64,000 nt of DNA from Tubiluchus corallicola. Taxonomy: Eukaryota; Animalia; Priapulida. Location: the NCBI GenBank assembly GCA_030141605.1, contig JAQGDQ010000077.1, positions 496,001-560,000 on the forward strand, read 5' to 3'. A program made the position numbers and the translations under genes. Positions within the stretch are counted from its first letter, which is position 1; every line of letters begins with the position of its first letter. Positions 1-11,080 of the stretch are shown here, in pieces. The notes below the pieces were generated by a model that was given only the letters and a program-made list of their open reading frames with translations, had not been told where the DNA came from and searched no databases.

Positions 1-195
1 TGCATACGAAAAGGTAGTACGTAAGTTGTATAAAATTTCGAGACGAATTTTTTAAGCTTAATGTAAGTGGAGGGTTTTCTTGTGCTTTAAGTCAGTATTC
101 TAAGTGAGGTTTTTTCTCGCGCGCATGATTCTTTTAGACCATTGGGATTCCACCGTGTGCGCCGGCTACAAAACTATCATGAATCTTTTGTGCCT
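1..195. mobile_element. Dispersed repeat fragment, truncated by window start; diverged inverted copy at about 8495-8723
   Basis: Bases 1-92 (tgcatacgaaaaggtagtacgtaag...ggttttcttgtgctttaagt) align with the reverse complement of about 8631-8723 (acttaaagcacaagaaaaccc...cttacatactgcctttttgcatgca). Confidence 0.65.
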
Positions 196-571
196 AAACT
201 CTGTCACTATATAAGTAGAACATCAGACGGAATTTTAAGTGAAATTTAAAGTGCAGTCTGCAATTTAACTTGCTTAATGGCCGCATTGTATAGCATCTTC
301 TCTTTACCGTTAACGAGTTCTTGCGGGCTCTCTCTCTCTCTCCTCTGTGTCTTTCTCTTGGGTAATCAATTCTGCTAACCCGAAACAACTCCTGCATTTG
401 AATTAGTCTTTACATATCATAAATCTTCACTTTATTATATATAAGGCCTTTCATTCGTATTATTTCACTAGCCGTTGTGGAATTGTTCTGGTTGCGCATA
501 CTAGCTGTTTACACTTCTCATACATTTGTGTCATTTAGTGATGTGTATTTGTACGTCATTTCTCCCTATTT

Positions 572-650
572 CTAATGCTAATGACAATGCTAACGCTAAC
601 ACTAACAGTAACACCAACACTAACTCTAACACTAAACTAATACTAACACC
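572..650. repeat. Degenerate hexamer array (ctaaca/ctaatg-type)
   Basis: gctaatgacaatgctaacgctaacactaacagtaacaccaacactaactctaacactaaac. This is a CTAACC-like array of the kind often found inside non-autonomous DNA transposons. Confidence 0.6.
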
Positions 651-1276
651 ATATCTCACAGATCTTTTGGTACGCCGTAATATAGACCGAACACGTTTCG
701 CTAATGAACAAATTTAAATAATTTATATAAACCAGTTCCAAGTACAATATTCTATCGCGTAAAAGCGGCTTCTGTCTGTGCTCCACGTCTCCGGGAACAG
801 CTTGCCAGTTGCTGTACGCTCTGCCTATTAAGTTAGTTAAAGATTCATTAAATTCTTTTAAACGACATCTTCGAACACATTTGTTTAGATTGTACTTTTA
901 CGGTGAATTAGTTTTTGTATTTTTTATTGTATTTTAAATTTTAATGTGTCTCGTGAATTTTAAATGTATCTTATTGTTCAGCGTGTTGAGATAATAGTAA
1001 ATAATAATAATAATAATAGAGATTTAAATAATAATAATAATATAAATAATAATATAATTGTATAATACTATACAAATAAATTTTACATTTATTAATTAAC
1101 ATTAACTGTAATGCTACGATGAATAGCTTGTTGAAAGGTAAAACAAAATCGAACGCCAGCACAAAATTCGGACCAATCTTACTTCAATCTCCCTGAACTC
1201 TTGATCATCTGCCGTATTGTAAACCTGATATATTTGCAGAATAGCTGTTGGTATGACACTTGGTATGCAAGAAGCG

Positions 1277-1396
<120 letters not shown>

Positions 1397-2154
1397 GCTT
1401 TTGTAATCGAAATGCTAGTCTAGAATCAGAAAGTTGTCAAGCTATTTGAAATCTCTGGTCATCATGTCTGCCAGTGTTGACATTTACTGCAAAGAGTGTG
1501 TTTAGCTGGCGCCTTAATCAATGTTTGGCTTCGTCGGATATTCCGTCACATCTGATTCGTAACTCGTTTGGCAAATAAACTGTTACAAATTCCTATCCAA
1601 TTCTTATTCACATCAGTAGTTCTTTGTATACTTAAAAGTTATTTATTTACCAAATACAAATTGCAAATTACGGTTTTCTTTATGCAGCTTGTTACATTTC
1701 AGAAGGTAATTTTCGTTCCTAAATTTTGTATCAATGAGGCACAACAAAGAACTATTCTATTACTTAAAGCGAATAAAAAACAATTTTCGTCTGTAGATTG
1801 TTAAAAAATGAACAATACCCTATACTATCTTTATTGCTAATTTTTGTTTATTATAATATTACTGTTATCACACCATTTTATTTGCACTACGCCTAAAGAC
1901 GATAAATAAGCGCAACTTATACACACAGTTTTAGAAATCTAAGCAAAGAAATCAGCGAGGATAAATTCAAAAATAGCCAATAGAATCATAAATAATAAAT
2001 ACGTGAGTCAATAAATAAAAAAATAAATAAGTAATTAATTAATTGTGCATTCATGCATTTATTTGTCTTTGATTAATTAATCAACTAATTAATTGAAAGA
2101 CAAATGAATGGACACATACACTAAAAATATTTACTAATGTAATATATTAGCTTT

Positions 2155-3327
2155 TCATTTTTTCTTCAGCTTAGGTTTCCCGTAAACTGCAGCCTTTCCC
2201 TTTCCTTTTCCTTTTCCCTTTCCTTTTCCTTTCCCTTTTCCCTTCCCTTTTCTCCGCCGCCGCTTCTTTTTCTTATACGGTCCTAGTTTCTTGCGCACCA
2301 TCACTCCTCTCCAAAAAGCCTGTATCTTAATGGCAGATCTCATCAAGAGAGCCTGGTGTTCTGCCTCTTTTCTGATATTTTCTTTTCGAATATCGTCTTC
2401 AATTATAATTTGCTTCCTCATCTCATATTCTTGCACAGAATCATGATACTTTCTCAGTGACGTATCTGTATTCTGCTTCTTAATGCTCACATCACGATCA
2501 AGCAGCTCAATGTCTTTGTCGTATTTTTCCATCCATCGGTCTACATGCATTTCCAGTTCTTGCTGATTGGAACGCAAGTAACTTTCAAAATCCAAATTAA
2601 CTCTGGTTTCATCATCTATGTCATTTCTCGCTTTTTCATTCTGACTGATCATTTCTTTTTCTTCGTATTGGCAATGGGTCAAGTGCTGATACACGTTATT
2701 GACTGTCATGTTAGACACATATTTCAGTTCCATGCTTGTTCTTGCTTTTGTTTCCTGTATATCGTCTTTGATCTTGCAAATGACATCCTCTAATTCATCA
2801 ATGTCTTTCTGTGTCTCTTTATGGCAGTTGGCGACCATACTATTTAACGTCTTTATTTTCCGCTTACATTCTTGCTCTTTTGCAATAGCATTCTTATACC
2901 CTTCTTTTCTGTCGAGTTCCTCTTTCAAAGACTCAGCGAGATAATCAAACGTACCGTGTTCACTAAGTTCATCTAAAGTTCCCTGTAGAACGTCATCGAG
3001 AAATGTTCTGTCCTCTTGGATTTTTAAAAGTGTATCTACCAGTGACTGATCAGGAATATCATGAGGTGTTAAAACAATTTGGCTCATTGCCTCCACAGGC
3101 AACGTAGCCAGAAAAAATGAATTTTTCTTTTTGGCTTGTTTATTTTTGGTTGAGCCCCAGTTTGCAAAGGCTTCATTGGCGCGTTTTTGATCCGCTGCCA
3201 CGCACGCAAACCCAGAGATGTCGTATTTACTATTGCTGACTCTTCTTGGTAAAGGGCAACTCAAAATTCTTAATTGGTCAATGGATTCTTCAAGAACAGT
3301 ACACACATCACGTATTTCAGCAGCCAT
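2155..3327 (-). CDS. IQCG: Dynein regulatory complex protein 9 / IQ domain-containing protein G; single-exon CDS, 390 aa
   Basis: Uninterrupted ORF with a long coiled coil (KIQEDRTFL...KDDIQETKARTSMELKYV...WMEKYDKD), a C-terminal IQ motif (AIKIQAFWRGVMVRK) and a K/G-rich tail, the typical IQCG/DRC9 layout. AATAAA on the minus strand at 2058-2063. Confidence 0.92.
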   Translation of the reverse strand: MAAEIRDVCTVLEESIDQLRILSCPLPRRVSNSKYDISGFACVAADQKRANEAFANWGSTKNKQAKKKNSFFLATLPVEAMSQIVLTPHDIPDQSLVDTLLKIQEDRTFLDDVLQGTLDELSEHGTFDYLAESLKEELDRKEGYKNAIAKEQECKRKIKTLNSMVANCHKETQKDIDELEDVICKIKDDIQETKARTSMELKYVSNMTVNNVYQHLTHCQYEEKEMISQNEKARNDIDDETRVNLDFESYLRSNQQELEMHVDRWMEKYDKDIELLDRDVSIKKQNTDTSLRKYHDSVQEYEMRKQIIIEDDIRKENIRKEAEHQALLMRSAIKIQAFWRGVMVRKKLGPYKKKKRRRRKGKGKGKGKGKGKGKGKGKAAVYGKPKLKKK

Positions 3328-4039
3328 TGCTCTACTGCGAATTTTAAACTTGGTATTTGAAAAAATAACGCAAGATATTATTTTAATTGTTCACGCATTG
3401 CACTGTTTCTCAAATTTGCTGCTGAAAATTACGTTTCAACACATATTATTATGTTGCGAACACTGATAAAATTGTTGTTCTATTATCTGATAACGAGAAT
3501 TGAATTGATAAGATTTGGAATAAGTACGTAATAATGTAATAAGAACCACACCAATTAGATGACGCTGTAGAACGAAAAAATAATCTCTTTTGTTCTCATT
3601 ATAGTGTTATTCTCTGTGGTAGCGTTGTGCGCAATGATTCGACGGTAACTGCAATGCAATAAAACCTTTCCACCATGCTTCAGTACGTCATAATAGATAG
3701 GCTACTGATATTAAGAAAAATGTAACATAAAAGACAGTTCTTATCAAGAAGCCATCCCAGCGCTCCAGATATTAAATAGCATCTTTTAGTTCTATTCTTA
3801 AAGTTTTACAATATAACAAAGCGACTGCCTTCGTGAACAAGTATCAAAAGCAAAATGTCATTCACTTATTCATACATAGTATAGAGCATATAAGAACGTG
3901 GCAATCGTATGTTATTATTCACAAAAAGTTTAATGAAACTTTTTTGATTCTATTTGTCTGCAATGCTGTTTCTTAAACAAACGTTTAACGTTCATATGTC
4001 TATACCTATACGTAATGGGTGCTCTGATGTTGTGCAGAT

Positions 4040-4040
<1 letters not shown>

Positions 4041-4095
<55 letters not shown>

Positions 4096-4162
4096 CTCTC
4101 CCCCCTCTCCCTCTCTCTCTTTCTCACTCACTCACTCACTCACTCACTCACTCGCTCACTCA
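4041..4162. repeat. Compound (TC)n/(CACT)n microsatellite
   Basis: Seen directly. Confidence 0.95.
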
Positions 4163-5055
4163 CTTCCTTTTCTACTTCCCGCACCGTCTCTCAAATCTTC
4201 TTATTTTTGTAGTTTTTCCCACTTTTCTTAGGAAAAGCCAATTAAGGAAGCTATCTTATCAGGCACATAACTCACGTACGCGCACTATTGTTTCTCTGAC
4301 GCCTCCAATCGTAGAGCAGAGTCAATATTAATTTTGCATTTCATCGGCTTGCTCTAAATCCTGAGCAAGTTCTCGACAGACAATTACGTACGTATTGACG
4401 AGGAGAGAAAAAGTGTTAAGAAGGCTAGCTGAATGGCTAGATATATATGGATATATAGAGACAATAGAACGTTGGGCCAACGCTTGCAGTTTATAAACGC
4501 AAGGTTAACCCAAAGTTCTCACAGTTTTATGCTTCTCCCAACATTTCAATTATTGACAAGAAATATGAAACAAAATTTGTATTATGGTCACAGCGGTTTT
4601 AATAGTAGTGTGCGTATACATGCTGTGTTAGTGAAAATGGATTTTGCACGTTATACTACTAGGAACATTTTAAATTTAGAGTCGTTCGATTGTTAGATTA
4701 AATAAGTAATACTCGCTTTACACTTCAGAAGCCCGAATGCGGTCAAAGATTTTCCAGTATAAGAGTATAAAATCAGCTATAAAATCATTGCTTGCAAATT
4801 ACAGGTTGTTGTATGTATAACATAAGGTAGATGTGTAGGCCTAGTAGTAACTCTAATTAGTACAATGTACAATATTCATTTTCACTAACACATTTTCGTT
4901 TGAGACAGTGTGTGCTTAGCGGTCAAATTTGGGTAACGCTAAAGCTGGTCAGTAAGCGGCGACTGACTGCTGGGTCCCTTGCCGGTTCCGTTCACCTTAA
5001 TTATTCAGGCTGTTTACTGCACTGAGGGAAAATGTTCTGCTGGTTCAGTGTAGGC

Positions 5056-5264
5056 TAACTGCGCGTTCAGACTAGAGAGTTTTCTCTGGAGTTCTCGCAA
5101 TGAATAGAGCTTGTCTACAAGTAACTCGCGAGAGGACCCTCAGCAACTCTCGTCGGAGAGTTTGCAATAACTAGCCGAGAGAACTGGCAAAGCCGCTCAC
5201 ACTTGCAAGTTTACTCTCCGAGAGAACTCTCTAGAGAGCTCTCTCTAGTCTGAACGCGTCGTTA
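5056..5264. mobile_element. MITE with terminal inverted repeats, Harbinger-like
   Basis: Left CGCGTTCAGACTAGAGAG (5062) and right CTCTCTAGTCTGAACGCG (ending 5258) form a perfect 18-bp inverted repeat. Flanks are TAA/TTA, with internal GAGAACTC-like subrepeats. Confidence 0.8.
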
Positions 5265-5329
5265 GTGTATTAGCTTGATAATGAACCTGATTCCGGTTCA
5301 TGCACATTAAATAGGTTCCGCAACTGTGC

Positions 5330-5602
5330 TGAATTCTGGTTTTCAATTTGCCAAAAGGTACACCACCGGTAGTACTTCATGTATAAAATACTGCATGATG
5401 TTAAAGTGCATATATGATTGCACTTAAAGTCACTGCTAGGTGTGCACATAGGTAAAGTGCACATAGAGTCACTGCTAGGTTTGCTCAAAATGTGTTAATT
5501 CTGGTTTTCAGCGTACCAGAAGGTACACGACCGGTAAAACTATAAAATACTGCATGATGTTAAATCATAAAATACTGCATGATGTTAAAGTGCATATTTG
5601 AT
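5330..5602. repeat. Imperfect local tandem duplication, unit about 165 bp
   Basis: aattctggttttca...aaggtacac...accggta...tataaaatactgcatgatgttaaa occurs at about 5332 and about 5497, and ataaaatactgcatgatgttaaa occurs three times. Confidence 0.75.
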
Positions 5603-7264
5603 TAAGTAATTCCTAGGTGATGCTGATAATGTGTAGACTGTTCGAGTCAAGCCCTGAAAAGTTAAGGCGATAGCTAACACGGCAACATTGGTTTTGAAAC
5701 CACTTTCTTAATTTTCTCTGTTTTTCCTTTTTCTTTTCGAACTTTTCTTTTTATTACATATATCTCCCCGATGTCGCTCCTACTTTCTTCTTTACACTCT
5801 CTTATTTTTTAACTTCGCGGTAGTTTCCTCTCCTTGTCGAATTCTCTGGCTTCCGTTCCATTTTATTTTATAATTTACATTGTGAAATTAACAGTTAAAT
5901 GGCTGAATGTACTACCTGTGAAAAACGGATAGGTACCATAAATGCTATTGTAATGACGGTCATTATAACACTGGTTATTTTTATAAAGTGTTTTACGTTT
6001 AGCCAGCAGTTTCTTAAACTTGTATACTAGTAAGTACAGGGCCCGATTTCTCTACACAAACGTCTTTGTGTTCAATCATTCACTGAATCCTTATTAAGGT
6101 CTGTTTTGTATGTCAACAGAGTAACAGAATTATTGCTAAGGATTCGGTTTTCCCTCGAGCATTCCGACTATTCTCACTAGATTAGGCGAAGAAGTGCCTA
6201 CACACAATTTCATACGAAATCAACTCAATCTAATGCTATTAACCGAATTGTATGGGGACGATGCGGAATAGAATCGCACTCTGAATCGAATTCTAGTTAA
6301 TCAGCCAGGAGTATTGATATTGATCACCGCCTCTTCTTATTGTTCATGTCAAATACAATGTGTCTGAAGCATAAAAGCGGTGAATATCCGGTTAAATCTG
6401 TGCAAAATAGAAGCCAGCAGGAGTATCATCGTGTTCTATTCTAACTGTTATGTAATATCCATTTTCTCTATTCAAACAGCAGTCAGGAAGGTTTTAGTTT
6501 TAAATTTTCTTTTACGCAACTAAAAAGCGTAAGATTAATTAACTTATGTTTTCGATTTTCGAAAAATTGGTAAAATATATTTTCCCCTCATACATTTTTC
6601 ACGCTTTTTTGTGCATTTTGGATTGCGTGCACGTTTTCTGCTGACAAATGTTTGTATTGTTTGCAAAAAAAGATTTTGGTTGTTTGCAAAATACGAAATT
6701 AATATAAACTAGTTACATTGTTTTTCAGATACAGTGCAACTAGATGTACTATTTTCGCGTACAGTTCTAGTCGCTAATGTATACTCCAGATTAGATTCTG
6801 TTCTTTGCTTTAATTACTAGTCCTAATATTAATAGCTCAGTAAAAGTAAATTTATTGATTCGGAGCACTAGAACTCAGCACCCTTTATCACTCAGTTGAG
6901 TTTCAGCAATCTACTATTAAAAATATGGGGAAAAATAACATTTGACCTTGAACTACCCGTCCAATGTCATCGATTACGCAGTAAAACTCGTTCTCTTATC
7001 CGAGCCACAAACTGATAAGGTTTGTTTTCCAACTCTTCATAGTTTCTGAATTATTAACCGAAATAAAATAAATAAACGAGAAACTCGACCAAAAGCAAAG
7101 GTTTTTCAATGTACATCTGAATAACAACAATTCAACTAATTCTGTGACTGCACAGAGTTTCCTTGTAACACAACTAGGTTTTTAAAATCGGTTAACCCTG
7201 GCAACTCATAATCAGAAAATAAAGATCTACGTTCACAAGTGCAAAACTGTCAAAGAAATTTATT

Positions 7265-8125
7265 TCATTGGCCATACAAGACGGCGTCTATTTCCATTCC
7301 TACAACCCTCCACAGTTCAGGCAGAACATCATAAAGTTTGATGAAGAACTTCACAAGTGGGTGACTCTCATCTGCTCTTTGCTCCCGCCAGATTCTGAAA
7401 CGCAGTATAAAGAATGGTTGAAGTAAGCTTCTGCAAGCTGCCCAAAACAACATAAAAAATGAAAAAAATATTATTTCAGACTTCCTACGACAATAGTGGT
7501 TACTGTTGACTTCCCAGCCTAAACACGTTGATGCTTCCTTCACTTCCTTATAGCGGTCAGTAGCTGAGAGCAGTGAGAACATTGGAGTTCTTCGCACTTC
7601 TTGAATATCATCGCACACGTCCCTCCTTCTCAGCCCGTACAACGTGTAATATACGAGAAACATGCCGTAAAGAACTAAAAACGAGTGAAAAATCGTCAGT
7701 GAACGAAAGATGATTTTCCATATCTTGTCCTGCTCGTAAAAACTTGCTGAATGGTCAGAGTTTGGCCGTGATGCATTGCTAAGATGGTCACAAACATTTG
7801 CGGCACTGCAGCTTCGCCAGATTAATCCGTTTTTTATTTTACACTTGGCCAAAAGGAAGTTGATCGAACAAGTCGCTCTTGTTGACAGCTTGCCCTCAGA
7901 AATGATCAACGGTTCACTCATGTTTCTCTCTGAAGACCAAGAAACGATCAGAGGTTCTGAAATGCTTTTTCTGGGAAAAACTTCATTTCGTTCCACTTCA
8001 TTGGCACAAATTTCGTATCTGTTAGCATAGTACTGAAACGAAGTTAAGGCGATCCCAATTACCATGTTAGTATTGTTTGTGAAGTCTAGCTCATCATTGT
8101 AATAGTGAGATACAAAATATGGCAT
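7265..8125 (-). CDS. Uncharacterised intronless 286-aa protein with two predicted transmembrane segments
   Basis: 861-nt non-repetitive ATG-initiated ORF in AT-rich DNA. Hydrophobic segments IIFRSLTIFHSFLVLYGMFLVYYTLYGL and IIFFSFFMLFWAACRSLLQPFFIL. AATAAA at 7259-7264 directly follows the TGA. No family recognised. Confidence 0.6.
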   Translation of the reverse strand: MPYFVSHYYNDELDFTNNTNMVIGIALTSFQYYANRYEICANEVERNEVFPRKSISEPLIVSWSSERNMSEPLIISEGKLSTRATCSINFLLAKCKIKNGLIWRSCSAANVCDHLSNASRPNSDHSASFYEQDKIWKIIFRSLTIFHSFLVLYGMFLVYYTLYGLRRRDVCDDIQEVRRTPMFSLLSATDRYKEVKEASTCLGWEVNSNHYCRRKSEIIFFSFFMLFWAACRSLLQPFFILRFRIWREQRADESHPLVKFFIKLYDVLPELWRVVGMEIDAVLYGQ

Positions 8126-8167
8126 CTCATGTTAATGTTGCTTATGATGCTTGTTTGTCTTAGTTAT

Positions 8168-8180
8168 GTTTCCAGGCGAT
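8168..8180 (-). promoter_or_regulatory. Candidate RFX X-box upstream of the 286-aa ORF
   Basis: Minus strand ATCGCC-T-GGAAAC fits the degenerate RYYNYY-N1-3-RRNRAC X-box consensus, about 43 nt upstream of the ATG. The motif is short and could be chance. Confidence 0.3.
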
Positions 8181-8796
8181 GTTGCTGACATAATCGATGA
8201 TGTCAGTCATCAGATAATAATGGTACGTTATTATCCCACGTAAGCCTTGCTACTTAGGAACTAATTATTATTGTCGACTTTCGCATCCTGTGTAAAATCT
8301 GTCGCAACAACTAAGTGATTTCTGGCGATGTGCCAATGTTGCAGATTTTCAACAAGCTTTCAGCAGACTGTTTAAACTTGCTTTAACAAGTGTCAAGGAA
8401 ATTTTTTAAAAAGGGTTAAAGGAAAAATACAGCGTTTTAGCACAAATTTGATAGAAAATGATAAAATATTTTGCATTTACGTCAGTATAAAGACGTATGA
8501 AGGACACAGATTCAGTACTCCAAAAATTCAGTATTCGGTTCTGGTTCGAAAACGGATTGACCGGTTTTGTTTGTATGATTCAGTGACCTGTGAAAAGCCA
8601 TTTTTAATAGTCACTTATTGAATAAACAACAACTTAAAGCACAAGAAAACCCTTCATAAACATAAAGCTTGAAAAATTCGTGTTGAAATTTTATATCACT
8701 TACATACTGCCTTTTTGCATGCAAGATTTCAATCGGCAGTCACGCTGTATAAAACAGGGCATGCGTCGGCAGTATGTAAATATAAAACATGTAAAT

Positions 8797-9233
8797 TTAA
8801 ACTCCCGCGATGACCGTTAGGCGCAGCCATTTTCACGACAGGTCGTTTGAAACAAGTTTAGATGACATTTTGCAAAGTTTGAAAAAATAATCAGAGCATT
8901 CGTAGCGCACAAGTCACTAACTAAATAAAATTTAAAATTACTGTATCTTGTCAATAAGATTAAAAATACGTTTTTTGGTTAGTGAGTGGTGCACCCTGGA
9001 GGGTGAGTCAGCGACATTTTACCAATTTGTGAAAACATTATAAATAATTAATAATTTTATTTTCTAGTTACATAAGTCTTTCTAGCAGCTAAGCGAAAAT
9101 CTAAGTAATATAGATTTGCACGGAAAGTCTTTTGAGATATAAAAATTTAACATTGCCTTTTCTTCGCTTGATTTACGTTTGGTACATGACGTCATGTAAT
9201 GGCGACTTCGGAACAGTATTGCGGGAGATTTAA
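8797..9233. mobile_element. TTAA-flanked non-autonomous TIR element, about 430 bp
   Basis: Left ttaa-ACTCCCGCGATGACCGTT...GCCATTTTCACGAC versus the right reverse complement ttaa-ATCTCCCGCAATACTGTT...GCCATTACATGAC gives an imperfect inverted repeat of about 40 bp with TTAA at both ends. Confidence 0.6.
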
Positions 9234-9785
9234 AATGAAAACAAACAAATGAAATTCCTTTCAGTGCGAGAAAGATATAAGATATACATAAAATTGCTAT
9301 AAAGTAATATAATTTTTAAGACGATTTTTCTGAAACCTACTTCAGGTACCCCTTTTCTTGTCCTTTAACTTGAGTGACTATTTAGCAAGTTCCACTATAC
9401 TTAAGAAGATCCAAATTAACGCAATAGACGCATACCGAACAATTAACATATAGAGTGTGTGCTCTGGAGTTTGCAGTTGTGAGTCTCGAACTCAGGTCCG
9501 CAAGTACTCAAGCGTTTATAGGCTGCAGACACGTAATTTGCATAATCTATAATCTATTTTTATTTATAAGCAGAGCGATCCTTCTAACAGTAAGACTAAC
9601 TGTATTGGGCTTTATATTGGATTCTAGATAGCATTACGTAGTTTAAGTGTTTACAGTTTACAGTGCTAACAGTGAATGTTCATAACATATACACGTGTAC
9701 CTTACATATATGCAGATTACCCCAAACAAAGTCGGTGACCACTGTGTCAGGGTAGTAAGGATTGCCAAGGTTTAGAGACCCAAAT

Positions 9786-9917
9786 CTCTCTCTCTCTCGC
9801 TTTCTCTCTCTCCCCCCCCTCTCTCTCTCTCTCTCTCTATCTCGCTCTCTCTCTCTTTTCTCTCCCTCTCTCGCTCTCTTTCTCTCTCACTTTCTCTCTC
9901 TCATTTTATCTTTCTCT

Positions 9918-9949
<32 letters not shown>

Positions 9950-9960
9950 TTCTATCTCTT
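9786..9960. repeat. Degenerate (TC)n polypyrimidine microsatellite
   Basis: Seen directly. Confidence 0.93.
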
Positions 9961-10935
9961 TGTCTGTCTTAAAACAAGCGAGTAGTACAGATTCAGTTCA
10001 TCAGGACTAATGAAGTTTTAACTTTAAAAAGTTCGGATGATTAACCAGGACTAAAGAAGCCAAGTCAGCTTCTGTTCTTACAAGCTATTCGTCAGCATGT
10101 AACGTACATCGCTCTTCCCGTCACGCCTGGCTGATCATCAACCTGACGACGTCTTAATAAATGTTTTCATATTTTCCAAGATTTTTCGCTTGTACGAACA
10201 CTGCTGCCGTGTGAAATCCTAATTATTACCACGCTCATTGAACGTTTCCATTGAACACGCCTGATTATGACATCGATTTTTCACATTGACTACTGCGACC
10301 TTAGAAGCAGCTACATTAGAAGAATATTTGAACGTTTTTGGTTTTTGTACAAGTGCACAACTGCTACCTTTCTGAGGACAAAGTAGAATTGATTTTGGGT
10401 TTCGATTAATTGTAGAAAAGCCTGGTGCAAACAGCGAAATTAATGTTGGGCTGAGGAACAAGTACACTATAACAAACCCCCTAGCGGGTGTGAATCTAAA
10501 TAAATTGGTATATTAACTTTTAATGTACTGCTTCGTGATCCTGAAATCAGCTTATATAGCATTTACATTTGTCAGCAATCAATTCTGTTGCTAAACAGTT
10601 TAACTTAACTTGTAGGGCTTTCAATATTATGAGCTTCATTACCCTGCATTACGCATATAAACGCCTAGCTAGTAACTACTAATAAAACCTTGCTGCATCG
10701 GTAGACTCGAAATAAAATATCAGCAACTAAATGAATTGGCAATTAATTGTAAATAAAGTTGTGCGCAAATTATGACCGTGTCTTACGATATATTCTTTTA
10801 GTAAAAAAAATGCACCGGCCTATATTTGCAACGCGGATTAGTCACGTTGTTGTTGCTTTTGCTGTTCTGTGTACACACTTCATAAAAAGTATTAAAGTTT
10901 TGTAATGAGCAGTCAGATCACACGATCAGATCTGG

Positions 10936-11080
10936 TAGACGTGTACACTGGGGAATTGCCGATGCAGTAGCAGAGAGATTTCTCGACTTTTTGCCGCCGA
11001 CAAACTACAATAATTAAAATATTCTTCTAATTTTTATTAATATAGATAGAATTAATTGCTGTCCCCAGTGTAAGAACTAA
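10936..11080. mobile_element. Small MITE
   Basis: TACACTGGGGA (10944) ... TCCCCAGTGTA (ending 11072) is a perfect 11-bp inverted repeat. Confidence 0.5.

Noticed and set aside
572-650. Interstitial telomere
   Set aside because: Units are too degenerate and short relative to TTAGG/TTAGGG arrays, and are better explained as a transposon-internal hexamer tract.
2545-3466. Plus-strand ORFs overlapping IQCG, and similar antisense ORFs over other exons
   Set aside because: They are shadow ORFs on the opposite strand of real coding sequence, with no independent motifs.
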